Source: the human T2T-CHM13v2.0 reference genome, Homo sapiens. Taken from it: a DNA stretch of 64,000 nt. The stretch lies in assembly GCF_009914755.1 (NCBI RefSeq), contig NC_060925.1. One strand, given 5' to 3'. How positions within the stretch are numbered: position 1 is the stretch's first letter; each line of letters begins with the position of its first letter. Positions 40,905-54,862 of the stretch are shown in pieces. Below the pieces are notes generated by a model. That model ran no database searches, was not told the DNA's origin, and was given only the letters and a program-made list of their open reading frames with translations. Both the position numbers and the translations under genes were made by a program.

Positions 40905-41070
40905 TAACTGTTTATTAACACTTACTGTCTTTCAAAAACATGATAGGTTTTGGGGATATAAAGATGAACATATCTTGTCATTGAAAATATTCTATATCAA
41001 AGATAAAACACATGTCTTTGACCTTAAGAAGTTTGCATTCTGAAAGATATGAAGAATAATTACTAACAAA
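40905..41070 (-). mobile_element. L2 3' end
   Basis: tgtttattaacacttactg...ggggatataaagatgaaca. Confidence 0.6.
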
Positions 41071-41189
41071 GTGCACTGAAACCTATGTAAGCATAACAAT
41101 CTATACATAAAAACATAAGTATTTATATATTTATGATGAAATAGGAGCATTACTTACATCTTGCTGATAGTATAGCTTAGAATAATAGC

Positions 41190-41440
41190 ATAGTAACAGT
41201 TACTAAAAATATATAGTGTTTATTTTATGCCAAACAATGAAATACATGCTTTTTCTCAAATGCATTAGCCATTTAATTGTTCCAGAAAAACCTACATTTA
41301 TTATTATCACCATTAAGCAGATGAGACGATTGTGAATAAAAGAGATCACTTAACCAATGTCCCCATACTACTATAAAGTAGAGGTGGATTTCTGGTTTGA
41401 GTCTAAATCTTATGCTTTTATCCATTAAGCAAAGCTTCTT
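41190..41440 (-). mobile_element. MIR
   Basis: ttattatcaccatt...cagatgagac...aatgtcccca. Confidence 0.55.
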
Positions 41441-41529
41441 ACAGTGAAATAGCAAATAAACAATTCAGTCCCTCATCAGTAAGAACTTTATGAGGTGATC
41501 CCTTTGCCTTAGTTATACATTCACAACTA

Positions 41530-41720
41530 ACATGGTGTAAACAGTAAAAAATGCTGGGTTCAAGGTCTGGCTTCGCTAATGTCTGGTTGTGTGACCTTAG
41601 CAAAGTCATTTAACCTTGCCAATGCTCTACACCTTATCTATAAATGTGTTAAATAGTAAATAGCTTATATCATTGGCAAGTCTTAGACATTAAGTGTTTT
41701 GTAAATTGAAAAGGTGAATC
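41530..41720 (+). mobile_element. MIR
   Basis: ctgggttcaag...tgtgtgaccttagcaaagtcatttaacct. Confidence 0.75.
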
Positions 41721-44129
41721 TAAAGGTAAAATGTTATCAACTTTGTTTGCAATGTTGCAAGAGGCTAAATGAAAATTAGAAAATAATGAGCAACAATTTT
41801 GAAAATTCCTTATATCAGTATTTTATCCTGGAATTAATATCATCTCCATGATAAAATATAAAATCAAAAGAAACCAACTAAGAAAATCAATAATTCCTGA
41901 AAGAATTTGATGAGGGAGTTAAAAAGATCTCTATTTGAAAGGCAAGTGAGTGAACACCTATACCGACCAGTTGAATGATGTTAGCTAAGTCATTTACTCT
42001 CTAGGCTTCAATTTCCTCATTTACCAAGCTATAGGTTTGGGCTAAATAATCTCTAAATGCCCTTGCAAGTCTAACAGTTTATCATAGGAGACCCTCAGGA
42101 TCCTCTGGCTGGGACCACTGTCCTCTACTTTGTTCTGACCAGTTTAGAGAATTAGAAATATCTTCCACCCAGTTGATCAAGTTGCATTTCAACCAAAGAA
42201 ACTCTAAAGATAGTGGGCCTTTGGTCTGCTTTTCTGAATTGAATTAACAGTTTTGTAAAATGTATCTTTCATTGACTTCAATACCAACCCCTTAATCCCT
42301 GGAAATTAAACGAGGGAGTTTGAGTTTGAATTTCCCTGGTGTTATTGGTGTATGGAAAATCTTGTTACTTAAATCTCACTTTTGTGTGTTACATTGTAAT
42401 TTTTAAGAGATCATCATAGCAATCTCCTATTTCTGTTAACTCTGAAAATCCAAATGGGTTTACTTCTTAAATTGCTAATAACCTTACCCAGCCAGACAAA
42501 TTATCAAGTATACGGACTACAGTTGAACACGAACTCTTTATTTGATGAAGGCAAGGAAAATACTAAGATTTCCATTTTGAGAATAAAACTGCCAGGGTGA
42601 ATTACTTGAAATGCAGTTCGACATGATGAAATGCCATAAATTATACTGAACATTTCTTTATGTAGATATTCAGCTCTGTATGCTTTTATTGATAAAGCCG
42701 CAACTCCCCCCACCACACAACACTTTTTTTTATGAGGACTAACAATTACATTACCCTGAAAAGGAACTTGACTCCTTTATCTGACTACCGGACCTTTACA
42801 GACAACTTATTGTCTTATACTAATTTTGGCAGAAAAAAACATATATCTCTGCTGAGAAGCTCTGCCTTGTACCTTGTGTCCTTTTGGTCTTTGTAGCAAG
42901 AGAAGAAGTCATTTTACTCGTTAAAAGCAGGAGCCAAGGTGGAAAGTATTCTCAGATACAACGTAACAAATGTACTGCTGCATAAAGATGCTTTTTCAAA
43001 CAAAAGTCTGGCAGAGCTCAGGAATCAGAACAGAAGGTAATACAGAGTTCTACCAGGCTGTACTCGAAGCTCTCGAAGTGTGCTGGATGATTCCCCACAC
43101 ACTTTTCCCCAACTGGGCATGCGTTTTGGCAGTGAGTCTTCCGTTTAGGTTCTGCCATTTGATTTTCAGGGAATTGCTACAGTATACAAAAGTTAAAAAA
43201 AAAATCAAGGTTTTAAAGTTCCATATGTTTGAGCAAAGTCTTCAGTAGTGACCAGCTGTATTCCAAAGAAACCTGTTTGAAAGTTTGGACAAAACCTCTG
43301 CCGAGTTGGGGAGGAAAAGGCCTCGTTCCCTTTGCATTAGTCACTCCATAAAAGATTAATCCTAATGAGCTACTTTCTACAGGCAGGCACACCCAGGCTT
43401 TGTATTACATACCTACGATTTCTCAGTATTTAGGCCAAAATGTGTACACTCAGATGCTGATAGATATCGTCTTTCCAGAAACCATTAACCACGGTATTAA
43501 CTGTAATAACTTAGTGAGTTTAAGGAATGAGGCCAAGCAGGGGGGGAGTCGCCGGGGAAAGAGTTCTTCAAAGCAGTGCAAAAAAACACACTGACGGAAC
43601 TTAACATTTCTAAAAACAGAGCAAGAAGAAAACCCAGCCCACTATTTTTTCATTTCATCTGTTCTACCCTGCCATCCGTTCCTCTGCTAGATCAGTTTTC
43701 AGCAGGTAGTGCTGCTGGCTTAATTGATTTCATCAGTTAATGGCAGCCACTCTGATGGAGGTTAATGCTTTTTATCAGCAGTTCACTACTTTTGCACTAT
43801 GACACAACTCCACTGTAGCCCGGTCCCAGGGAGCTGGCGGAGATGCCTGTTGCTCTGAATACGTTTCTAGGAGTTAAGGGTTTATACCTAACCAACTTTA
43901 TTCTAATGCAGTTCTAAAATTAAATTTCCTTTATATTCCATGACTGTTTTGCCTTATGAAAAAGGGCTTTTTAATTTTATTTTTCTCACCTGTTGCTTGA
44001 AACTTTAGTGACTATTGAGACCAAGAAGACAAAGAGGCAAAGCAACTGGAAGAGATATACAAATGGAGATAAGGAGGGCATGCGAAGCAGGGTGAAGTCT
44101 GAATCCAGTCAGTGGTAGCAGTCAGTTTG

Positions 44130-44510
44130 AATTTAAACTCAACCATTGACTGAGCTGTATATACGGCCATATGCACAGCACAGTGCTAGGTGATGTCCCT
44201 TTAGCAAGCAGATCAATGACCCTCACCTTTAAAGACTTAAATTTTAGTGAGAAACAGATCAATAAATATTTGCTAACATTATTTTTGTAATTTTTTTGGT
44301 GACAAACTCTGACACAAAGTAAAGCACTTTATAGGCTGTATCACTTATAATCCTCACTACATCATATTATTAAGTAAGTATTATTCCCACTTTGTAAATA
44401 AGGAATGTTAGGCTCAGAAGACATAACTGCCCAAGCCAATAGATGGGCATTCGGGGGATCAAACCTAGATTTTTCTAAACTTAGGAATCATGTTCTTTAG
44501 GATTATGACA
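44130..44510 (-). mobile_element. L2 3' end followed by MIR
   Basis: cagcacagtgctaggtg...ccctcacc; aatcctcactac...tattattcccactttgtaaataaggaa...aggctcaga. Confidence 0.65.
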
Positions 44511-44818
44511 TGGCGATTCACCAAGGATACAGTAAAAAATACTATGAGCCTATTGGAATAAAGCCTAAAACAGAGGTAAGAAGAAGTTCTTTGGGATAAC
44601 AAAATAAGGAAAAATTAATTTTAGCTAGTTTAATTAGGAAGTTGTAGATCCTTGGCTGTTTCAATGCCTTCAAGATGTTACTAAGAGTTTTGAATGTCAG
44701 TTTAAGGTATATGAGTGTTATTTTCAGGAAGTGAGGTGCAGTCCCATCTTTCTAATTCAAGATGTAACATGCAAGCAGAAAGGAGGCTTTGAGATGAGGG
44801 CCTGCATTTCACGATAGT

Positions 44819-45299
44819 CTGTGCTGCCCAGTGCAGTAGCTGCTAGCCCACTTGTAGCTACCAAGCACTTAAAATGTGGCTAGGGAGACTGAGAAACTAA
44901 CTTTTTAATTTAACTTAAATTACTTTAAATTTAAATTTTAAAATTGACCCTCAATTCAGCTTTTGGAAACTGTTTTTGTACATTTGAAATAACTTAGGTA
45001 TGTGCATCTAATTTTTCAACTGTAAATTTTATAAAATCTAAACACAGATCAAGCACTTTTAATGAACGCTTAACTGAGATATTCTGTAAGTGTAAATAAA
45101 GTACATTCTAAATTTTGAAGACTTAGAAAATATGAATGCAAAATATCTTAATAACATTTCATATTATTTTGGATGTGTTGGAGTAAATACACTGTATTAT
45201 TAGTTTCACCTAGCTCTGTTAATTTATTTTTAAATGTAGCTACTAGAAAATTTTAAATGACGCATATGGCTCATATCATATCTCTAGTGGACAAAGCTG
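44819..45299 (+). mobile_element. MER33/Charlie5-family hAT element
   Basis: TIR-like ctgtgctgcccag / gtggacaaagctg; agcacttaaaatgtggctag; transposase C-terminal remnant (ttttcaactgtaaattttataaaatctaaa). Confidence 0.8.
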
Positions 45300-46528
45300 G
45301 CTTAGTCTAAGGGCAAAGACTTTACTACTAGGCAGAAATTGGAGAAATCAGTAAAATCTGGACAAAAGCCTCAGGCTCTGTGAACTTAATATCAAGGGCA
45401 TTTTGCTTTGGAGGAAGCAATAGAGCAATAGATGTGTACCTGTACCTGAGGTGAACAGCCTGTATAATCAAAGAACAGGACCAACAGAATGAGGCACTAG
45501 GCCCACATGAAGCTAAGGTAGTCATACAATTCTAGGACTTGAAACAAGCAGCAGATGTCACTTGTATGCACACAGCCTTCCTTTCTCCATGAGAAGATAA
45601 ACACCAAACAATCAGCAACTGGTATGTACTTTTCAGTCACATATTTGTCTACATCTGTTCTGAGCCTATTTCAATAGTCTCTCAAATTGCAATTTGCCTT
45701 CACTTTGGAAGGAATGCAATATACCTTTACCTGGTTTCTTAGGTACCCTCCTTTGTTGGTGTCAGAAAGATTAAACCATGCAAGCCCTGGATCATGAAGG
45801 GAAACTTCACTTTCACCTCTAACTACCTAACCATCATAAACCCAAGACAGTCTCCATTCTCTGCTCTCCCAACCATTTTCAGACCTGCTTGGGAATCTGT
45901 TCTCCCCAGGAATCTTCAATCCATGATTAATAAAAATGTTCATACTCTCTTGGTATGTGTGTATGGTACCATCAGTCATGATATCTGAACAAAGTTTCAC
46001 GTGGGGAGCCCATTCATTGCTGTGGGGTGATTACAACAACATATAATTCTAGTTGACAGCTATGTGGCTTCAACTTACTGAAGGTACTATTCCACTCTCT
46101 TGACTTTTATTGTTGCTACGATAATTCTGCTGTCTGCAGTCAGTATAATATTATTCTTTCAAATGATTTTTCCTTCTTTCTGGCGCTTTAAAGAAACTTG
46201 TTTTTTATGTTGGTGTTCTGAAGTTTCATTATGATATGTCTAGGTGTGGATTCAATTGTACTTATCATGTTGAGGCTACTTTTACTATTTGAATCTGATG
46301 ATTCATGTTCATATCAGTTTTGGAACAATTTCTCAATTACCATTTTAATTGTGTATTCTCCATTTTCTCTGTTCTCTTCTTCTGGATTCCTTTGAAATAG
46401 TTCTCTTACATGTTATCCTTTTCTTTATCATTCTGTGCTACATTATAGGGGTAATTTTTAGAGATCCATCTTCCTGTTTCCTAATTCTTCCTTTAGCTAG
46501 ATTTCATATGTACTTTAAAAAGATTGTT

Positions 46529-46836
<308 letters not shown>

Positions 46837-47044
46837 TCAATGATTATTTAAAATTTTTATTTTCTCTATTTCAATAGCTGACTAGTCTTTTTATACTACC
46901 TTTAAAAATCATTCTCTCATTGCCTTTAAAGGTATTTAATACTTTAAAACATAATTATTTTATAGTATCTAGACTTCTTATGTGAGGGTAGGATGCGCAT
47001 AATCCCATTTCCTGTGTGTGATGACTCTTGTTTACAGAGAATTC

Positions 47045-47340
<296 letters not shown>

Positions 47341-49051
47341 ACAGAGAATTGTTTTCTAGTGTGTTCTGTAAATTCTGAATTATTAGCTCATTTTGAATAG
47401 AGATTTATCTGTGAGAATCATATTCAGCTTGTTGAGGATATATCCCTTCATAAATGTTTTGTGTTTGCTCCTACAAAGCATTCCAGTTTGGGACAAAGAC
47501 ATGTAAGTATCCATGTTTAAAGGGATCCTTGCTTACATTGATAGTATAATTTTGAAAGCACATTGGCCTAAGGGAAAGTAAGAGGTTATAAACTCTTAAG
47601 TATGTAGTTCCCCCTTCCTCTTAGAGCTTATGTTTATTTTTTTAAACCCTCTTTATTGTTTTCCCATACAAGTGGGAAGGGTTTTGAATTTATGCTGTCC
47701 AGCTCCAGACTTATAAATGGGGTCTGAGTAACACCTCTCTCCCTCCTTGGGGCTCCCTCCTTCGGCCTTGCCTCTTACTCCTTGGCTGCTGAGAATTGTG
47801 GCTCTTTCTTACCAGCACTAAAGCATCAGCTGCAGCCCACTGTCCTGCTAATGTTTCCTGTTCATTTTTGAAATTTTTTTTTCTGACTTTCATGTTAGCT
47901 GGCCCATGCCATGCATTTAAAAAGATGTATGGTATTATAATATTTTTTAATTTCTAGGTATTTCATAGCTGGGACAGATGTCAAGTTATCTTAGTACATC
48001 ATTGGTAGAAACAGAAATCCTCAGAAAAGCTTTTCCTCCCTTTTGTTCCATAGCATGTATCTAGTGTGCTTTGAAAGTGAAAAATACTAGAATGTGGAAC
48101 AAGTCAAATTTTACAAGTTCTTGGATGCATTTGGAGTAAATAAAGGAGTGGTACCTTTACACACTAACTTAGACCCTTTATGCTACAAAACAAATTTCTC
48201 TGATGCAAGTTGGAGAGTAGTTGTGTTGTGTTGCTATATGTGCATACTTATTCATAAATGCATATTTATTTGTGTGCATAAATGGATACATATATAGACA
48301 TTGATATTTCACTTTGGAAATTACTGCTTGTCAGCGCCTACTTCTGTATTACCCAGCTGTGTTTCTTAATTACTTCTCCTGAGGGGTGACACTCACCATG
48401 GTTCCCAAATAGCCTGTATTCAGATCAGGCAATATGTGTTTCTCTCGCAGCCCCAGTGCACTGAAATCTGATCACTCCTGCCCTAACCATTGTTCTCCAA
48501 GGTTTGGGTGCTACTCTTCAGACCAAGAACCATTGCCCTTAAAACGACCATTGAGCTACTGAGTTACTGCTTTTCTTCATGTGCCCGAGTTCCTAGACTG
48601 AGTTCTTTGTGTTTGCCCACTGTCTTGAAATCCCTATTCTGAGAGATCCTAGCCCTAAATCTGAAATCTGTTCCACTTTGTTCTTGCCAGTGTCTCTTTC
48701 TGGGACAGAGCACCTGCCACCAGTTGGTGATAACATGATGGAGGTACTCCAACCATGGTCAAACCTCTTAAAGAAATCTCCCAAGTATAACTTGCTTGGA
48801 TTCTGCATGCACATGTGTTGCCCATTGACCTGGGGCCCTGAGACTTCCTCTTGGAAAACCTGGTACATAATATTTTCTAATTTGTACTAGTCAAGTTCTT
48901 TGGACACCATGCCTTGCATAGCTTTTCTGTGTTTATGACAGTTACCATTAATGATTACAACCAAGTTCCCAGGTAAGTAATTATCAACTATTTGTATAAG
49001 GTGAATATAAATATTAATCTTTAGGAGTGGTCAAATATGTGCTTATATTTA

Positions 49052-49112
49052 CATGTATATATTACATATACATACACACCCACACCCACATACACACACA
49101 CACTCATATATA
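49052..49112. repeat. Imperfect (TA)/(CA) repeat
   Basis: Directly visible. Confidence 0.8.
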
Positions 49113-50904
49113 TGCTCTTCATTTTACAAACAAAACACCCAATAGAAGATGGGTTGTCAAAATATTCAGCCAGGCTAATAGTTTTGATATTTATTTGCAA
49201 ACTTCACTTAGCTATTCATTCTTAAAATAGAGATAAGACTTTCATTCTCTTTAGATTTTTATTTTTACAATAATTCAATACAACAGTTTTTCCATGATTA
49301 TTCTTAATATGAGCATTTAATTCCTATTTTCTCATCAATAACTTAAAGTAACTATGGAAACTCTATAATAAAAGTTGACCACTTAAAATGTACAGCCTCA
49401 AAAAGTAGATATTCTCAATATTTTAATAATAGGGCAAAATACTTATTTCAGTCTCCTATGAATATGGTAAAAGGTGAGGGAAAAAAAAAAAAAAAACCCA
49501 TGAAGTTAGTAGGTGAGGGAATAGGACAGACTGGAATAAGAACATGGTGCCAACAAGGGTATTAAAGAGAATGAGGGATGCGTCGTGAGAGAGCAGGGGG
49601 CTGAGGAGAAAATTGGTAGGAAGGAAGAAGGAGCTATTCAAAGAAGGGGAAGACAGGTCCTGCAAAGAAAGGCTAAAAAGGTTTGGGAAACATTTTCAAT
49701 TACCCAGACAAAGGATCTGGGCGAACGCTTCTAAAACGGTAGAAAAGAACAAAGTCCCAGTAGCAGAGAATGAGGGTCCTTTTTGGGGGTGGGAGAGTTC
49801 AGAGGTAGAATTTGGTGGAGTTCTTCTGGCAGACATTTATTCAACTGGATCTTGTAAAATTTATTTCTGGAATTTAGAATTGGAAAGTTGGATGTAACAG
49901 AATATTTAAGTAAAAAAAAACTATGTAAAATATACCAATTGCAAAAATATGAAGTCAAGTCTTATATAATTTTTAAAACATTAATCTTATTTTTCCTCAG
50001 GAAATGATTATAATTCCATCCATAACCATAAGAGTGATTAATTTGAAAGTTAAAAAACCTTCACATGCTCAAATTATTCTTAATACTATGGAGATAGAAT
50101 GTGTTTTGTGGGAGTCAGAAATAAAAAAAAAGTATATAAAAGAATGCCATCAAGTGGGAAACCAGCCGAGGCCTGTTTCTTAAGAAGTCTTAGTATCTAC
50201 TAAGCAGCCCACATAAAAGGAACATGTATCTTAACGTATCTGTCATATTCAAACATATTAGTCATATTCAATGCATTTTAAAATATCACCATGTATTTTA
50301 TAAATGTAATTCAGAAAAACTTTGCTAATTTTCACTTCCCTAATCTGCAAACCCCCAATTCTCACAAAGAACCCTGCAGTCTCACTTCACTTCTCAGCAA
50401 AGATTTAATAGCTGAGAGCTCTATCGTGTTCTCCTATTACTAAGACTTCATTACTTTTACATGCCACACTACAGGACACTTACTAATATACTATTAAGTA
50501 TTATCATAAATAATTAAAATGCAACTACACTTGACAAAATGAAAGAACAAAGTGTATTCTGTGTTGCAGTCAACTTGTGTGTATGTTGGCTGGAGTGAGC
50601 TGAGCACATATTTTAAAAATAGAAAATCAATTACTAAGAGCGACCTCAGTCGCTCTTAGCAATGGGCCTACCTCTCATTAGTGTGAGTTAGTGAGGTCTT
50701 TTTCCGGCTCCTACCTGCCAGTTAAATCATATAGTCATTATATCATTATCACTGTTAAATTAAAAAAAAATAAGTACCAGTAGAATTTTGTCTTTGTGCC
50801 AGCCTTTTTCACATAGCCATGCCTTTCATTCCTAGTTGATTTGGTATATCCAGCACTTTTTATGCTCCCTTGCTTGCCTCACACATCCTGAGGTAAGAAT
50901 TTAC

Positions 50905-51040
50905 TATCTTATTAATTGGTCAACATATATTTGGAAGCACATACCATGTGGTCAGCATATATGAACAGTGTTCAGGATATATAAGTGTAATAGCCTTTGT
51001 CTTCAAGGAGTTTACAATATAATTTGGGTAACAAGATCAG
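50905..51040 (-). mobile_element. L2 3' end
   Basis: caacatatatttggaagcacatac...gtcttcaaggagtttacaat. Confidence 0.65.
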
Positions 51041-51057
51041 CATAGAAGAAAAAAAAA

Positions 51058-51367
51058 GTCCAGGTGTGGTAGCTCATGCCTGTAACCCCAGCACTTTGGG
51101 AGGTTGAGGTGGGTGGACCACTTGAGGTCAGGAGTTTGAGACCAGCCTGACCAACATGGTGAAACCCTATCTCTACTCAAAATACAAAAATTAGCCAGGT
51201 GTGGTGGTGCATGCCTATAGTCCCAGCTACTCGGGAGGCTGAGGCAGGAGAATAGCTTGAAAGCTTGAACCTGGGAGGCGGAGGTTGCAGTGAGCTGAGA
51301 TCGCGCCAATTGCACTCCACCCTAGGCGACAGAGTGAGAGTTTGTCTAAAGAAAAAAAAAAAGAAAG
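51058..51367 (+). mobile_element. AluS with internal 8-bp tandem duplication
   Basis: Full dimeric Alu; agcttgaa twice at 51254-51269. Confidence 0.92.
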
Positions 51368-52549
51368 AGGTACCAAGTGACCAGTATTAGAATACATATA
51401 ATTATGTTTTAGATTGTGTGGTCTTTACTCCTGGGGCAACATGTCAGATGACACTGAATCCAGAAAAACTTCCTAGATGCCATGCACCTGGGTTAAGTGT
51501 CAGTCATAGGTGCTCTGCTGGCATCCTGCATTTACTCTGTAAAAAGTTGTTCATTTTTATGTAGCTGTAATGGGATTCATGTCGTGTAATGTAATATTTC
51601 TCACTAGACCATATGCATCTTGAGGACAAAGACTGACTCTAGTTCTCAGCACCAACCCACTGCCATGGAACGCCAGGCACAGAAAGTGATAAGGAGTGTG
51701 CAGCAGCATGAGACTGGAGAGTAGGTGAGGCTGGACCACACTGGCCTCACCTGTGGCCCTGCTGCAGAGTTTGGCCTTCAGCCCCACAGCAATGGAAAGC
51801 TGGTGAAGGCTTTCAAGCAGGCAAAATGACAAGAGCAGATTGGAGTTTTGAAAAAAAGCCCTCCATCCACAGTGTGTTGAAGAACAGAGCAAAAGTGAAT
51901 GCAGGAAGCTCAGATCATTTGAAATAAACATTTAGTTAAGTAAGGAGGGGTGGCCAAAATTAACATGTGTTTGTGGTGTGATTTACTCAAATGTGGGTAA
52001 TAGCCAGGCTTTCTTGGCCAGTGGCATGGAAGTGTGGTTATTGCTCTGTTGTTATGAATCAGCTCATTATTTCTGAAGGTAAATAGCTTAAATTACATTA
52101 CTATCACTTTTGATAATCTTTGATAGTCTATAGTATGTGCTGTGTTCGAAGTTGGGTATAGACATAGAAGCAAATTAAAAGTAGTACAAAAATAATACTC
52201 AAAAAGTTTCACTTACTCTGTTAGTAGGTGGCTTTGCTAAGATATTCCAAATGGAACATTTTGTTTTCTAAATCTATTATTAGTTGCTAATCTTGCTAGG
52301 TGTGTGGTCCAGATTGCTGCATTTTTAATACCTATTTGTCATCCTCCTTTGCCAAAGAATATGAAATTGTCCAGTCAGTGTTTAAGGAAATGAAATTAGT
52401 GTGAACCTTTAGGATTCTCCTGGTAAACTGGTATCACTTTGGTTTCTGGAAGATGTGGATCTGGACTTGGAGTAGTGTAGGGGGTAGCACAAAGTTTTTT
52501 GGGTTGCAGGTAACTCCCTCGATACTAGCAGGAACAACAGGTTTCTTAT

Positions 52550-53178
52550 TACGTTACTCTCTGTGCCTTAAGCCTTTCAGTGGCTCTCCATTGCTCTTTG
52601 GATCACTTCCAATAGCTTTAATAGGGTCTGCCAAGCCCTGCGTGGACTGGCTGCCTCCTACCCACACTCCAGCTTCAGTTCGCACCTTCTCCCCAGGGGT
52701 TTAGGTGCACAGGACTTCTTTAATATCCTTAAATGTGCCCATCTTCCTTTGACAAGGGACATTTTGACTTCTTTCTGCACTCTCCCTGATATGCTTCTGA
52801 CCCCATTCTCATCCTCCCCTCCAACTTTGCTTAGTTGATTCCTACAGTTAAAAAACAAATCTTAGTTCAATAAATACGTTTCTCAGGCACACCTCTGAGA
52901 TGCCGCCACCAATCTCTACCCCAGACTGGGTAAAACTGACTTATTTTATGCTCACATGGCATTATATAATTATCCTTCACAGCACTTAATACTTGTACTT
53001 TTAATTAATTATTTTACATCATTATTTGATTGATGCCTCTCCCTCATCAAACTGTGAGCTCTGTGGGAAGAGCAAGCATGTCTGTTTCTGTGCAACATAT
53101 ATCCCTAGTGGTTAGCACAAGATCTGACTCGTAGTAGGTGCTTGATAAACATTTTTGAATAAAGAAGTGAATGAATAT
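52550..53178 (+). mobile_element. L2 (L2a-like) 3' region
   Basis: gcctttcagtggctctccattgctc...aactgtgagctc...gtagtaggtgcttgataaacatttttgaat...gaatgaat. Confidence 0.85.
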
Positions 53179-54689
53179 GTAACTCTAATAATACGTTTCT
53201 TAATTTTTCCCCCTCTGTGGTCTCATAATCATTTGCTGGAAATTGTGTTTTTGTCTGTATTTCACTTTGAATTATCTAAACTCTCTAGGTGCAATTGTAC
53301 ATCCTCCTATTGCCTTACCTAGTATAGGAGGTGGGAGAATGGTAGCCACTAAGACAGAGGCTCAATTCTAGAAAGTCCTGTATAAACTCACTAGGGGAAA
53401 CATTTCAGCTTCCCAACATGCTCTCTTGCCGCTGAGAAGAGATAATAAAACAAAAATTGCAAAAGGGCCAAGAGGCCCTAAAGAGACCTCGTATGTACTA
53501 GACCTCTTGGCTCATTCTCTGCCATTTAAAAGGAGGTACTCTGGACATTGTGAGCCTCTATTTTACTTTTCTAATAAAAAGGTGAGATTTAAAGGGAAGT
53601 AGATTCAAGTAAAAATAGAAACCACTAAAAATCATGGAAAATAAAGACTTCATAAATTCACTTAAAAGTTCATCTTTCAGGCATTTCTAGAAACATAAAT
53701 AGGGTGGAAGTTCATTCATTTTTCAGAGAAGCACAATTTGTTTCTCACCTCTCTTGTAGTACATATGTGAGAATCTTATCCTCATAAAAATTGCTTTAGG
53801 GTAAATATAACCTTCGTCTAATTTTTTATTCCTCTTAAATTCATTCTTACTGTTCTTTGCAGAAAGTGGTCACTGTGGTGGTAGAGACAGAAAGATTTGG
53901 GGCAGCTGGGAAATGAAGAAAAGCAGCAGGTAATTATGAAGTAGGGGCAGTTTAAGTCCTGACTTGTCCCACTATTCGTTCTGTGGGCCAGAGATCCTCC
54001 AGTTCCTCTGGCTTCTGGTTGTCACAGGCACAGCCTTGGAAGCGGTGACCGTGGGGTCCCAGGGAGAGTGGAGAGGGACTGATTCCAGCAGCATCAGCTG
54101 TAGGAATGCAAACATGCTCTCTGGGGTTGAAGCAGCAAAGCTGGCCAGGAGCCTTCTGGGAGACTTGTTTTTAGTCCTCTTTAAAGTTGTAATAAAATGG
54201 TAGAAAGTAGTTTTGAAGCCTCCTTTGAGCAATGTTATTGTCTGTTCCCTTTGCCATAGCAGGGTAAAGTTGATAAACTGCTAAATAATCAACCTTTGTA
54301 TATTTCATTAGAAAACTTTAAAATTTTAAATACTCACTTTATGGCCCTGATAAAGCATGACAGATACCCATTGCTGTCCTCATTGCACTCCTGTAGTGGG
54401 TGGATTAGAGATGCCTGCTTTAACGGCACGCTAAGGGGCTGTCACTGGCCTGGATTAGACCCCCAGTTCATGACTCACTGATTGGAGAGAGTAACTACTC
54501 CTGGGAAGCAACAATTTCACATATTTCAGGGAAGAGGCTGGGCCCAAGGTAGAAGTGAAGTCTAGTCTCTTGGGGTTGGTTGGGGGATATAAATAATATT
54601 TATTGGGAAAGAACCACACACATAAACGTAGATCCCAGACTGGGATAGGAGGAACCTAAGAACATAATTATTAACACTTTGGAATAGTC

Positions 54690-54826
54690 ACGTTTGTTTG
54701 AATATGGGGATTGGGTCTTATTCATTTTTGTATCCTTACTGTTTTGTGCAGTGCTTGGCACATATTAGGTGCTTAATAAATGCATCTAATATGCATTATG
54801 TTTGATGAATACATAAATGAATGAAA
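54690..54826 (+). mobile_element. L2 3' end
   Basis: gtcttattcatttttgtatcc...cagtgcttggcacatattaggtgcttaataaatg. Confidence 0.75.
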
Positions 54827-54862
54827 AGACAAACTGAGTAAACCTCAAATAGAATTGTCCTC

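Noticed and set aside
49472-49521. 11-bp direct repeat (aggtgagggaa) flanking an A-run, as a retro-insertion TSD
   Set aside because: The A-run abuts the left repeat, which is the wrong geometry for target-primed reverse transcription.
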